DNA from: Schmidtea polychroa
Taxonomy: Eukaryota
Length of the DNA: 64,000 bases
Direction: 5' to 3'
Assembly (NCBI GenBank): GCA_044892525.1
Contig: CM097885.1
Span: forward strand, 7,690,001 to 7,754,000
Numbering within the stretch: the stretch's first letter is position 1; each line of letters starts with the position of its first letter. The notes below the pieces were generated by a model, which saw nothing but the letters and a program-made list of their open reading frames with translations, searched no databases and was not told the DNA's origin. The position numbers and the translations under genes are program-made. This document shows, in pieces, positions 1 to 10,806 of the stretch.

Positions 1-2
1 GT

Positions 3-638
3 GGTGAACTTCGTAAAAATGCCATCAACCGAATCGGAAACATGTTGGTGCCAAATTCGAATTATATAAAATTTGCTAACTGGCTTAAGCCGATTTTATT
101 ACAAATGCACAAAGAACAATTAGAAAACAATATCAACTGGACCCCTTCAAAGGTTATTCATAGACTGGGAAAAGAAATTAAAAATCGAGAAAGCGTTTAC
201 TACTGGTGTTATAAAAATAACATTCCCGTATTTTGTCCGGGCTTAACAGATGGATCAATTGGTGATCTCCTCTATTTTCATGCAATGGAACATCCGGGAT
301 TTCGAATAGATGTTGTGGAAGACGTCTGTTTGATGGACCAACAAGCGACTTGTGCAAAGAATTCGGGAATAATTATTATTGGAGGGGGGATTATTAAGCA
401 TCATATAATGAACGCCAATCTGATGAGAGGTGGCGCGAATTTCTGCGTATACATTAATACCGGAAATGAATTCGAAGCAAGCGATTCTGGAGCTCCTCTT
501 GATGAAGCTGTTAGTTGGGGGAAAATCAAAAGCAATGCAAAGAGAGTCAAACTGATTTCCGAAGGGTCTCTCGTGTTTCCGTTGATTGTTGGGGAAACTT
601 TTGCAAAACGAGTAGAAAATAAAAAACATTTCATTTAG
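3..638 (+). CDS. DHPS: Deoxyhypusine synthase, 3' part (frame open from the window start)
   Basis: Frame reads [81 protein letters not shown], all diagnostic DHS motifs. Confidence 0.97.
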   Translation, partial: GELRKNAINRIGNMLVPNSNYIKFANWLKPILLQMHKEQLENNINWTPSKVIHRLGKEIKNRESVYYWCYKNNIPVFCPGLTDGSIGDLLYFHAMEHPGFRIDVVEDVCLMDQQATCAKNSGIIIIGGGIIKHHIMNANLMRGGANFCVYINTGNEFEASDSGAPLDEAVSWGKIKSNAKRVKLISEGSLVFPLIVGETFAKRVENKKHFI

Positions 639-934
639 TGAAATAATTAGTTTTTAGGATGTTTTATTTAATTTATTTTATATAATAAAACTTTTTTGTA
701 TTGTTACTATTTTTCATAATCGACCATATTGCCACAATAGGCGTATTTCAAAGGTAAATCATCGGACGTAGATAATACAATTCACTGACTATACAAATTG
801 TGTTCATAAATCATAAACTGTGCCAATTTTATTATATTCTAATTAAAAACTATTTTGTTTAAATATGTCAACATTTTTTTGTTTAACTTTACAGAAATAA
901 AAGTAATTTATAAATAAAATAATAAAATAAATAA

Positions 935-938
<4 letters not shown>

Positions 939-1004
<66 letters not shown>
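939..1004. repeat. (TA)n microsatellite
   Basis: Perfect dinucleotide run. Confidence 0.95.
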
Positions 1005-1007
<3 letters not shown>

Positions 1008-1443
1008 ATTAAACAAAGTCAACAAAGATAGTTACAGTTATATAATTAGGGAAATTATTCATATATAATAATTGCAAATGCGACATAAAAAAATTACGAC
1101 AAAAATAAATTCTTAGAAAATTTGGGATTGGATAAAAAATTATAAAATTTATAAATAGATTAAATAAATAATTATTTAATTAAAATCATCTCCGCTTTCA
1201 AGTTCCTGATCACTATCGACTGAAGCAATTGATTAATATTAGTAAACACAATTTTGTGGAAAATTTATTGAAGTCTTGTTTGATTTCAATTTTTTTAAAA
1301 CTTTTTTAATTTTTAATGTTTGAATTGAAAAAAATAGAATTTTGTAAATTTTTAGCGAGATTAATTTAAAAAAAATTGATGAATTAGTTAATTAGCTTGT
1401 TTAAAAAAGAGCAATTTATATTGATTTAGTTTGATTTTCAATT

Positions 1444-1484
1444 CTACCTGAAGATGACAGTGATTCTGTCGAAATATATTGTAG
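1444..1484 (+). ncRNA. Minimal type I hammerhead ribozyme (Penelope-like element type)
   Basis: CTAC-CTGAAGA-T-GACAG(tgatt)CTGTC-GAAA-TATA-TT-GTAG: conserved core, stem I CTAC/GTAG, 5-bp stem II, palindromic mini stem III. Confidence 0.75.
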
Positions 1485-2375
1485 TAAAATATATATATTG
1501 GATTTGGTGCTTTTCGTTAGAATTAATTATATAATTATATAATTATTTATTTTTTTATTTTAAAAATTTTAATATTTTTAAATATATCCAAAATAAGCCT
1601 TAAAACATTTTCACAGCAACATTTATGAACTATAATTTATTATTGATCAACATATCTCCATTAACATAATGCAACCAATGATATTAAACAATTAAATGAT
1701 AATTTAAGCCTTTTTCTGCGAACTTTATATTAAATACAAATGAAAATATTTTCAACTATTTTAGTAAGGAAAAGTAATATTAATATGATAATAGAAAGTA
1801 ATAATATGGCCCATCGGTTATTTGGCTTGAAAATCTTTTTTTAACGAGTGCAGGATTCAATGTAAAACAATATTTCAGTTGCCTTAGTTCTTCGGATATT
1901 TTGGTTTTCTTGAGTATATGCTTTTTGGTTTTCAAATGCCCACTCAGACGAAAAGTCATGTGATAATAAGTCAGGGGGTCTAGCAGTCCTAAGAAATGGT
2001 CATACTCTGCTAATTCATTATCTGAGAAATTTATATATATATATATATATATATATTATAACATCACACGTTATAAGATTTATAAATTATCATAATTCTT
2101 GTAGAGCTAAACTAAATACATTCTCCTGGCCAATATAAATAAAATAGATGTTATAATGACAATATAAAATCAGCATAAAAATTAGAATAATAAACAAAAA
2201 TATCAATTTCAATTCAAGTGAAATGTCAATTACTCTAAATGAAAATGTCACATTTCAATCTTATGAAGCTGTGAATAAGATATTGATATATATTTTGTAA
2301 CAGATTCCAAAGTACATCTTAAATAATAATAAAAAAATTTTAAAAAAATAACACTAATAATAAACAACAACAACA

Positions 2376-2511
<136 letters not shown>

Positions 2512-2714
2512 TAAATAATGTTATGTAATGTAAATGAATTCGGATGAAAATATTTATTCATAATATGATTTGCAATTAATTCTGCCATCAATATATTGTT
2601 GAAATGGTTTGGTAATTTCTGTCGATTTTTCATCAGCGATAACTTTAACACATTAGTAAGGCAAGTTCGGTTGACTTTGATTTAAAAAAGAAAAATGAAA
2701 GAAATGAATATATA

Positions 2715-2749
<35 letters not shown>

Positions 2750-2755
<6 letters not shown>

Positions 2756-3108
2756 AACATTACAAGCTTTGTGATACCCAGTGCAAATACCAATAGTAGA
2801 CTAGTTTCGAGCTTAATGTAAGACATCGGTAAAAGAATTTTCACCATTACAAGTTAAAAATGCTAAAGGTTTAAATGTTTACAAGTTTACAGATATTTTT
2901 TCTGTGATTTAGCGAATTTGCAAGTGATGTGATTTCCAGTGTAGCAGGTAAAGTATGCAATAGAGTTGAATCAGCAATATTGTATACTTACCTGGCGCGA
3001 AGAGAAATCTTCGTGTCTCCTGCATAGTACTGATGAGAGCCAAAAGCTCGAAACTAGTCTACTATTGGGATTTCCACTGGGTATCACAAAGCTTGTAATG
3101 TTTATATT
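2750..3108 (+). mobile_element. Penelope-like element remnant: hammerhead-containing pLTR with an inverted, truncated pLTR copy at its 5' end
   Basis: 2750-2814 is the near-perfect reverse complement of 3044-3108; the right copy overlaps an intact hammerhead and the left copy stops inside hammerhead stem II. Confidence 0.65.
3024..3065 (+). ncRNA. Minimal type I hammerhead ribozyme
   Basis: ATAGTA-CTGATGA-GAGC(caaaa)GCTC-GAAA-CTAG-TC-TACTAT: perfect core, 6-bp stem I, GUC cleavage triplet, palindromic ACTAGT stem III. Confidence 0.9.
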
Positions 3109-4190
3109 TTTATAATTTGTTTTTTTTCCATTTTGCTTTTGGCATTTCCATTACTTTTTCCAATTCCCGTGTTGTCCCTGGCAGTTCGGCACTCAGGATA
3201 GTTTGTCATTTTTTCCATTTCTGCTTCTGATATTTTGCATATTTTTTCATTTTCCCGCATTACCTCGGAAAGTTCGGAGATGCCGATTTTGCTTTCATGT
3301 TTTGTTTTTGTTTTCCAATTTTGGAATTCCTTTTTGCTTTCTTGCACTTATTAATAATAAGTGACCTTTCTCCGTTGTATTTCTTTTGTTTGTTATTTTG
3401 CTTTTCTGTTTTCTTCTCCAAGTTTCAGAGTGCTATCCCAATCACCTAATCAGTTTTCCTGCTAGTTATTCTAATTATCTATAATATTATTTTTCTTTCT
3501 GTTTATAGATGTTTTTATTTTAAAATATTTTATCTAATCCGGATTATTAAATTCACACAATCTGCAAATGAGACTATTTACAGGGGGGAGCAAATTTAGT
3601 TTTTTCCTGGGGCGCAAAAAAATCTATGACCAGCCCTGCCTGATGACGACAGCCAAATTGTAAAGATATAACAAAAGTAAATTTTAAAATTTCAGCTAAA
3701 CTTTATTATTACTTACCTTATTATTGGAATGAAGGCCACCCATCTCATTTCAGAAGGAAAATCACAATTTCCAAACACAAGAAAGATTATCAACATACCT
3801 TTTATATATATTAGGATTTTTAGAAAAAGTTAGAAATCTTATTCTCTAATTTTGTTTGAAATTCGGTAAATCGACACAAAGAGACCCCGTAGCGACACCA
3901 TCAATCGGTTGGTACCAATCATCACTAAATATGACGGGAAGAGTAGATTTTGCAAAACATTAACCATTGTTGAAATGCAACCTTATCCAATATCGGACTA
4001 CCCAGCATATTTTCAATCCCCAGATTACATCATACAACAAATCGTTTCCGTATATAGTATTTGACAATGATTGAAATGGCAGAATAATGATGAGAATCAT
4101 TTCCTTGAAATATATTTCGATTATTTTTCGTTTTTGTTTAAATATTCTGATATTTTTAATATTATTAAAATAAGAAATTATTGTTAGATT

Positions 4191-4694
4191 ATGTTGAATA
4201 AAATTATGAATTTTACTATTTTATTGCTCCTTGGAATCATAATAATCCATGCTTCAAAGGTGCAATCCGAATATACGTTGAATTGTTACAACAAGGACGA
4301 ACCGTACCGTCTAGTGATCAAACCATTTGAAAAACACTCTTCTAAACCCATAATTGAGGATGATGCTGATGATGACGAGAAAAACAATCTTTTCCTTCAT
4401 TTTAAGCCTCTAGTAATTCCCAAAGTTCATTCCAAAGAAGTGATCACTGGAAATAGATTATGGCACAGCGATATTATGAAAATATTTTACCAAAAACTTC
4501 ATGCTGAAAAAATATTCCAAGAACAATTCAAAATGAAGAAATTTCCAATTGATGTTCATTTTAGCATGACATTTACAAAAGACATCTTGAAAGAGTTGGA
4601 AAAGTACATCAGTGATTCAAAGGAAACAAAACCATCCAGGATAAATGATTATTTCTTAAGCGTAATAAAAGTAGAAACAGTGAAGACAAAATAA
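4191..4694 (+). CDS. Hypothetical secreted protein, 167 aa
   Basis: Uninterrupted ORF in very AT-rich DNA, N-terminal signal-peptide-like segment (NFTILLLLGIIIIHASKVQS); no recognisable family. Confidence 0.55.
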   Translation: MLNKIMNFTILLLLGIIIIHASKVQSEYTLNCYNKDEPYRLVIKPFEKHSSKPIIEDDADDDEKNNLFLHFKPLVIPKVHSKEVITGNRLWHSDIMKIFYQKLHAEKIFQEQFKMKKFPIDVHFSMTFTKDILKELEKYISDSKETKPSRINDYFLSVIKVETVKTK

Positions 4695-5009
4695 GAAAAG
4701 GTTGAAAAGGTATTTGCAGGGACTCCGTTAGAAAATCAAGTTGATATAAAAGTTTTAAGTTATATCGTACTAAACTTGAACTGCAATTCTTTAATTACCT
4801 GGTTATAGAGGCGCAGCGAGGATATTTTGTAAATAAATATTAAAAAATAATTTTGTATACTTAAGTTCTGTAAATCTCCATACGATTGTAAACAATTTCC
4901 AAACTTAGTGCCTAATGGGGCAGCAAAATCATATTTGAATATCGTTATATTTGATTTATTATTGTTAGAATAAATTATTGTTTATTGCGTGTGCATGTGT
5001 AGTATATAT

Positions 5010-5528
5010 AAGCATTTCCCAACGTTTGGGTCACTAGAAATAGTTCCGAAGTGTGTACTCTTTCATATAGCATATATATAGCACATCTTCTAAATTATTT
5101 TTTAAATCAGGTTCAAAAAATAACGTCATAATTTCAAGTATTTATTTAATGAAATATTGTATAATTTTCAAACAAATTTACTAAATTTATTAAAAAGAGA
5201 GTTTGAAGACTATAAATCAGTAATATATCGATATATTCAAACTCTCTTTTTAATAAATTCAATAGAAAAAATAATGAGTGGTGAAATTGGAAGAAATAAA
5301 AATTTACTAAAGTTTTAAATGAAGATAATGGATATTTTTTTAATTACTTATGTTTTTGTTATATAATTATTTTGCAATTTTTGTGTATGAAATAAACAAA
5401 CAAATAACTTGATTTTTATTAAAAAATAAAATTTGGTTTGTAAATAAATGTTTTTTGTTCATAAGGTGAGTCACGAAAATTTTTAAAATCTCGTACCGGC
5501 CGCGGTCAAAAAAATTTGGGAAACGCTG
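5010..5528. mobile_element. hAT-type non-autonomous element (MITE)
   Basis: Termini (a)AGCATTTCCCAA / TTGGGAAACGCTG, 8-bp TSD GTATATAT (5002-5009, 5529-5536); internal segment ~5083-5180 recurs at ~35929-36026. Confidence 0.75.
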
Positions 5529-5775
5529 GTATATATCATATAATTGTAATGTATTTATTTTTCTTTAACGTTATTTTTACTTAATTCTTTAACGTCATAC
5601 AAAGAATTTTAATCTAAAAATTAAATCAACAGTAAAAGTGAAATATATTTCAAGGAATTGATTCTCATCATCAGTCTGCCATCTTAATTAGTGTCAAATA
5701 TTATATACGAACACAATATATTTTGTTAAACAAATTATTCCATTTTGTAGATTGATGGAAATATATTTTTTAGTA

Positions 5776-8700
5776 AGTAGGTAGTTAGTAGCTTACTGCA
5801 GCAATGACCCCCGGGGGGGGGGGGGGGGGGGTTCTGCTGCAACTTTTTTTTGCTGCAACTTTTGATTACGCAATTGCTGCAAATCACATTTTTTGCTTTC
5901 AGGGATTTTTGGTCCAAATTTTTTTTTATCACACTATAGTGAGGGGGTCTAGATGGTCCTGGGATTTTCAATACAAAAAATTTTTTTCTATACAAAAATC
6001 CGACTACCAATAAAAAAGCATGGATTATTCACACTATAGTGAGGGGGTCTAGATGGTCCTGGGATTTTCAATACAAAAAATTTTTTTCAATACAAAAACG
6101 ATGATCCTGGGATTTTCAATACAAAAAAAATTTTCAATACAAAAACGATGGTCCTGGGATTTTCAATACAAAAAATTTTTTTCTATACAAAAATCCGACT
6201 ACCAATAAAATAGCATGGATTATTCACACTATAGTGAGGGGGTCTAGATGGTCCTGGGATTTTCAATACAAAAAATTTTTTTCTATACAAAAATCCGACC
6301 ACCAATAAAAAAGCATGGATTATTCACACTATAGTGAGGGGGTCTAGATGGTCCTGGGATTTTCAATACAAAAAATTTTTTTCTATACAAAAACGATGGT
6401 CCTGGGATTTTCAATACAAAAAAAATTTTCAATACAAAAACGATGGTCCTGGGATTTTCAATACAAAAATAAAATTTTTCAATACAAAAACGATGGTCCT
6501 GGGATTTTCAATACAAAAAAAAATTTTTCAATACAAAAATCCGACTACCACTAAAAAAGCCAAGGATTATTCACACTATAGTGAGGGGGTCTTGATGGTC
6601 CTGAGAATTTCAATACAAATAAAATTTTTTCTATACAAAAATCCGATTACCACTAAAAAAGCATGGAATTTTCAGACTATAGTGAGGGGGTCTCGATGGT
6701 CCAGGGATTTTCAATACAAAAATCCGACTACCACTAAAAAAGCATGGTAATTTAAGGTCTCAGGATATTTTCAATACAAAAGCTGGTCTTCAATAAAAAA
6801 GCATGGTAATTTAAGGTCTCAGGATATTTTCAATACAAAAAGACAGTCTTCAATAAAAAACAGCGGTAATTTAAGGTCTCAGGATATTTTGAATACAAAA
6901 AGGTGGTCTACACTAAAAAGCATGGTAATTTAAGGTCTCAGGATATTTTCAATACAAAAAGACAGTCTTCAATAAAAAAGCATGGTAATTTAAGGTCTTA
7001 GGATATTTTCAATACAAAAATCCGATTATCACTAAAAAGCATGGAATTTTCTAGGTCAATTCAGGTGGGACTCCTTGGTCCTGGGATTTTCAATACAAAA
7101 ATCCGACTATCAATAAAAAAGCATGGATTTTTCGAATTAAATTAAGGTGGGTCTCCTTGGTCCTGAGAATTTCAATACAAAAAGGCAGTATACACTAAAA
7201 AAGAGTGGCAATTTAAGGTCTCAGGATATTTTCAATACAAAAATCCAACTATCAATAAAAAAGCATGGATTTTTCGAATTAAATTAAGGTGGGTCTCCTT
7301 GGTCCTGAGAATTTCAATAGAAAAAGGTGGTCTACACTAAAAAACATGGTAAATTTTTAAAAATAAAGCAAATTATGGGTCTAAAAATTGAATTACAGTA
7401 AATTATGGGTCTAAAAAATTAAATTACAGTAAATTATGGGTCTAAAAAATTAAATTACAGTAAATTATGGTCAAAATATTTGAATTAAAGTAAATTATGG
7501 GCTCAGATTTTTGAATTAAAGTAAATTATGGGCTCAAATAACTAAATTAAGGTTCAAATTTTTAAATTAAAGTAAATAATGGTTCTAAAAATTTAATTAC
7601 AGTTAATTATGGTTCTAAAAAATTAAATTAAGGTTCATATTTTCGAATTAAAGTAATTAATGGGCTCAGATTTTTCAATTAAAGTAAATAATGGTTCAAA
7701 TTTTTTAAATTAAAGTAAATAATGGTCCAAATTTTTAAATTAAAATAAATTTAGGTTCTAAAAAATTAAATTAAAGTAAATTATGGTTCTAAAAATTGAA
7801 TTACAGTATATTATGGTCCAAATTTTTGAAATAAAGTAAATGATGGTTCTAAAAAATTAAATTAAAGTAAATAATGGTCCAAATTTTAAAATTAAGTAAT
7901 CAATGGTAAAAAATTTTAAATAAGTAAATTAAAGTAATAATTTTTAAATAAGAAAATTAAAGTAATGTAATAAGTAAATTAAAGTAAGATTTTTAAATTT
8001 ATTAACAAAAAGTTGAAATAATAGGTGTTTGAGAATTGAAATTTTTTAATGAAAATTTTTATGAAATATTTTTCAATGGTAATTTTTAATGGAAATTTTT
8101 ATGGAATAATTTTTTAAGTTAATTTTTAATGGAGATTTTTATGAAATATTTTTCAATGCTAATTTTTAATGGAAATTTTTAAGATAATTTTTAATGGATA
8201 TTTTTATGAAATATTTTTCAAAGACAAATTTTAATAATAATTCAACAACAAACCAACAACTTAGTACCAACATGTATTTACAACCAGATACCTACAACTA
8301 GTTACTAACAACATGTTACCTGATACCAAGTACTTACAACTAGTTACTTACAACCAGTTACCAGATACCAAGTACCTACAACTAGTTACTAACAACTAGT
8401 TACCTGATACTAAGTACCTACAACCACCTACCAAGTACATACAACCAACATCAACCAGGTACTAAGCATTAATTACCAACTACTAAGTACCTACCAAGTA
8501 CCTACAACCACCTAACAAGCACTAACAACCAAAAACAAGCAACCAACTAAGTACCAAGTACTAACAACTAGTTACCAGATACCAACTACTCACAACCGAC
8601 AACAACCAGCTACTAAGCATTACCAACCACCTACAACCTACAACTAGTTACTAACAACTAGTTACCTGATACCTACAACTAGATACTAACAACCAAAAAC

Positions 8701-9290
8701 AAGCAACCAACTAGGTATCAAGTACTAACAATCAAAACAAGCAACCAACTAGGTACCAGATACTAACAATCAACTAACAACCAGGTACTAAGCATTAATT
8801 ACCAACTACTAAGTACCTACAACTAGATACTAACAACCAAAAACAACCAACCAACCAGTTACCTGATACCAAGTACTTACAACTAGTTACTAACAACCAG
8901 TTACCTGATAGCAACTAACTAGGTACCAGATACCAAGTACTAACAACCGCCAACAACCAGATACCTACAACTAGATACTAACAACTAGTTACCTGATAGC
9001 AACCAACTAGGTACCACCTACCAACTACTAACAACCGACAACAACCAGATACCAAGTACTCACAACCGTCAACAACTAGGTACTAAGCATCATCAACCAA
9101 CTACTAAGTACCTACAACTAGTTACTAACAACCAATTACCTGCTACCAAGTAACTACAACTATATAACAACGATCAGTAAACAACACTGTACCAACTACC
9201 AAGTACTTACAACTAGTTACTAATAACCAGATACATACAACTAGATACTAACAACTAGTTACCTGATAGCAACCAACTAGGTACCAGATA
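5776..9290 (+). repeat. Left TIR arm of the outer element (part 1), built of successive tandem-repeat blocks
   Basis: Reverse complement of ~29240-31724. Blocks: GGTCCTGGGATTTTCAATACAAAAA repeats (~5890-7340), ~29-bp AAATTAAAGTAAATTATGG repeats (~7370-7990), C/A-rich CAACTAG/TACC repeats (~8245-9290). Confidence 0.92.
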
Positions 9291-9608
9291 TGCACCCCAG
9301 CACCCCAACCCTCAAAAAAAAACAGCGCTATTGACCCATATTTTCCACATTTATATGCTTTTTTACCCCATATTCTTCACTTTTTTTAACTTTTAAACTT
9401 TGTCCCTTATTGCCATTAACCCTTAATTTCTTCCCTTAAAAGTAAAAAAGTTCGGAATAGATGTATTTATAGATTAGTAATTCCGAGAAAAGGTAACGGG
9501 GTGCATAGATTCCTCACTACTTGGTCTTAAGGATTTAATGTTATAAGGATTTAATGTTATAAGAATATCAGATTACCTAATTCATAATGATCTAGGTCGC
9601 CTGATCAC
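9289..9608 (+). repeat. Left TIR of the inner Polinton, lacking the terminal 14 bp
   Basis: Reverse complement of 23927-24245 with few mismatches; the expected AGTAGTGAGGAATC is absent. Confidence 0.93.
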
Positions 9609-10202
9609 CTTAAGGTTTTGAAAGTTTTAAAAATAAAAAATTTTATGAAAATAGTAAAACTGCTCTGAGGGGACAGTGGTATTTTTTTTTTTTTTTTTTT
9701 TTTTTTCACTGTCCCCTCAACAGTTTTTTTTGATCCGGATCATTTTTTTTTATTTATCAACCTCTTTCGTTTATCAAATCTCTTCCAATATACAAGCTGG
9801 CCAGACTCATACATCAGAATCAATCCGATAATAGCAGCACACCTTATTATTCGCTTCTCGCTCACGAAGTCGATTTCAACGGCGTTTTAAGCGTGCTGCT
9901 CGAAACTACAAATGAATTCGAAAGCGAATCCGAAAGAGGTCCGAAAACAACCAAGAAATAAATGTGCACATTATAGAATCGATCCGGGGGTGTTCGAAAG
10001 ACAGGTGGCGATAATTACCAGTTCGCCACCATCACCCGTTTCAATATTTTTTTTTTCATATTTATGTTTAAAAAATAATTAATTAATAAAAAAATAAAAT
10101 AAAATAAAATAAATAAAATAAAATATACAAGTACTTTATAAATATAAGATACCCACACTATTATTTTCAAATTTTTAATATTATTTTTATGTTGAAAAAA
10201 AA

Positions 10203-10278
10203 CTAACCACAGTTAGGATTTGAACCGCTATCTATTTGAACCACTGTGCCGGTCTAGCCCACTGCGCCATCAAGGTTT
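10203..10278 (-). ncRNA. tRNA-like Pol III gene, copy 1
   Basis: Minus strand: A box TGGCGCAGTGG, B box GGTTCAAATCC at tRNA spacing, followed by a T8 terminator; cloverleaf not canonical. Confidence 0.7.
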
Positions 10279-10442
10279 GAATTTTTGTCATTTTTTAGAC
10301 TATAAATAATCGATTCAAGTTAAAACGTTTTTGATCTTAAATTTCCAAGAGTTGCCGTTGACCAATCACCTTTAAAATTTGTACAAGTACTAAATCGAGT
10401 ATGCTGATCAATATTTTGTTTAAAAAAAAATTTGAAAAAAAA

Positions 10443-10515
10443 TGACCGAAATGGGATTTGAACCCATTGGTATTGGCAATGCAGTCGAGTGCTATTACCA
10501 CTAAGCTATACTCAA
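10443..10515 (-). ncRNA. tRNA-like Pol III gene, copy 2 (tRNA-Cys-like 5' half)
   Basis: Minus strand TTGAGTATAGCTTAGTGGTAATAGCACTCGACTGCATTGCCAATACCAATGGGTTCAAATCCCATTTCGGTCA then T8; A box, perfect T-arm ATGGG/CCCAT; anticodon and acceptor stems do not pair canonically. Confidence 0.75.
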
Positions 10516-10675
10516 TATGAAATAAGTTGTTAATGTGTGACTATTTATTGATGAAATTAATAATTAATTATTCATTTTCTCGACAACTACCACTCAGATC
10601 CATCTGAAAATTTAAATATATACTAAAATCAGTACGCTGAATCAGATTCCGTTGAAAAAAAAATATCGAAAAAAA

Positions 10676-10752
10676 TTGACCAAAATCGAAAATTGAACCC
10701 GGTACTCCCGGTGATAAAGTTGAAGCCTATTCCCACTCCGCTATAATGGCTT
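10676..10752 (-). ncRNA. tRNA-like Pol III gene, copy 3
   Basis: Minus strand: A box TAGCGGAGTGG, degenerate B box GGTTCAATTT, 3' GGTCAA then T7; same position within a ~236-bp repeat unit as copies 1-2. Confidence 0.6.
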
Positions 10753-10806
10753 ACATAGTATATTTAATTAATCCTATTGTGTGTGTGTAAATTTTAATAT
10801 ATAAAA

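Noticed and set aside
3635..3675. Third hammerhead (CTGATGACGACAGCCAAATTGTAAAG)
   Set aside because: GAAA core and stems I/III are broken; at most a dead relic
5735..6750. Overlapping ORFs (MVLGFSIQK, RWSWDFQYK repeats), also at 31325-31560
   Set aside because: Translations of the non-coding tandem repeats of the outer TIR
5890..9290. CRISPR-like or telomere-like array
   Set aside because: No unique spacers, eukaryotic context, no fixed telomeric unit; these are internal TIR repeats mirrored in the right arm
10203..10752. Functional canonical tRNA genes (e.g. tRNA-Cys)
   Set aside because: Acceptor and anticodon stems do not pair, so annotated as tRNA-like ncRNA instead
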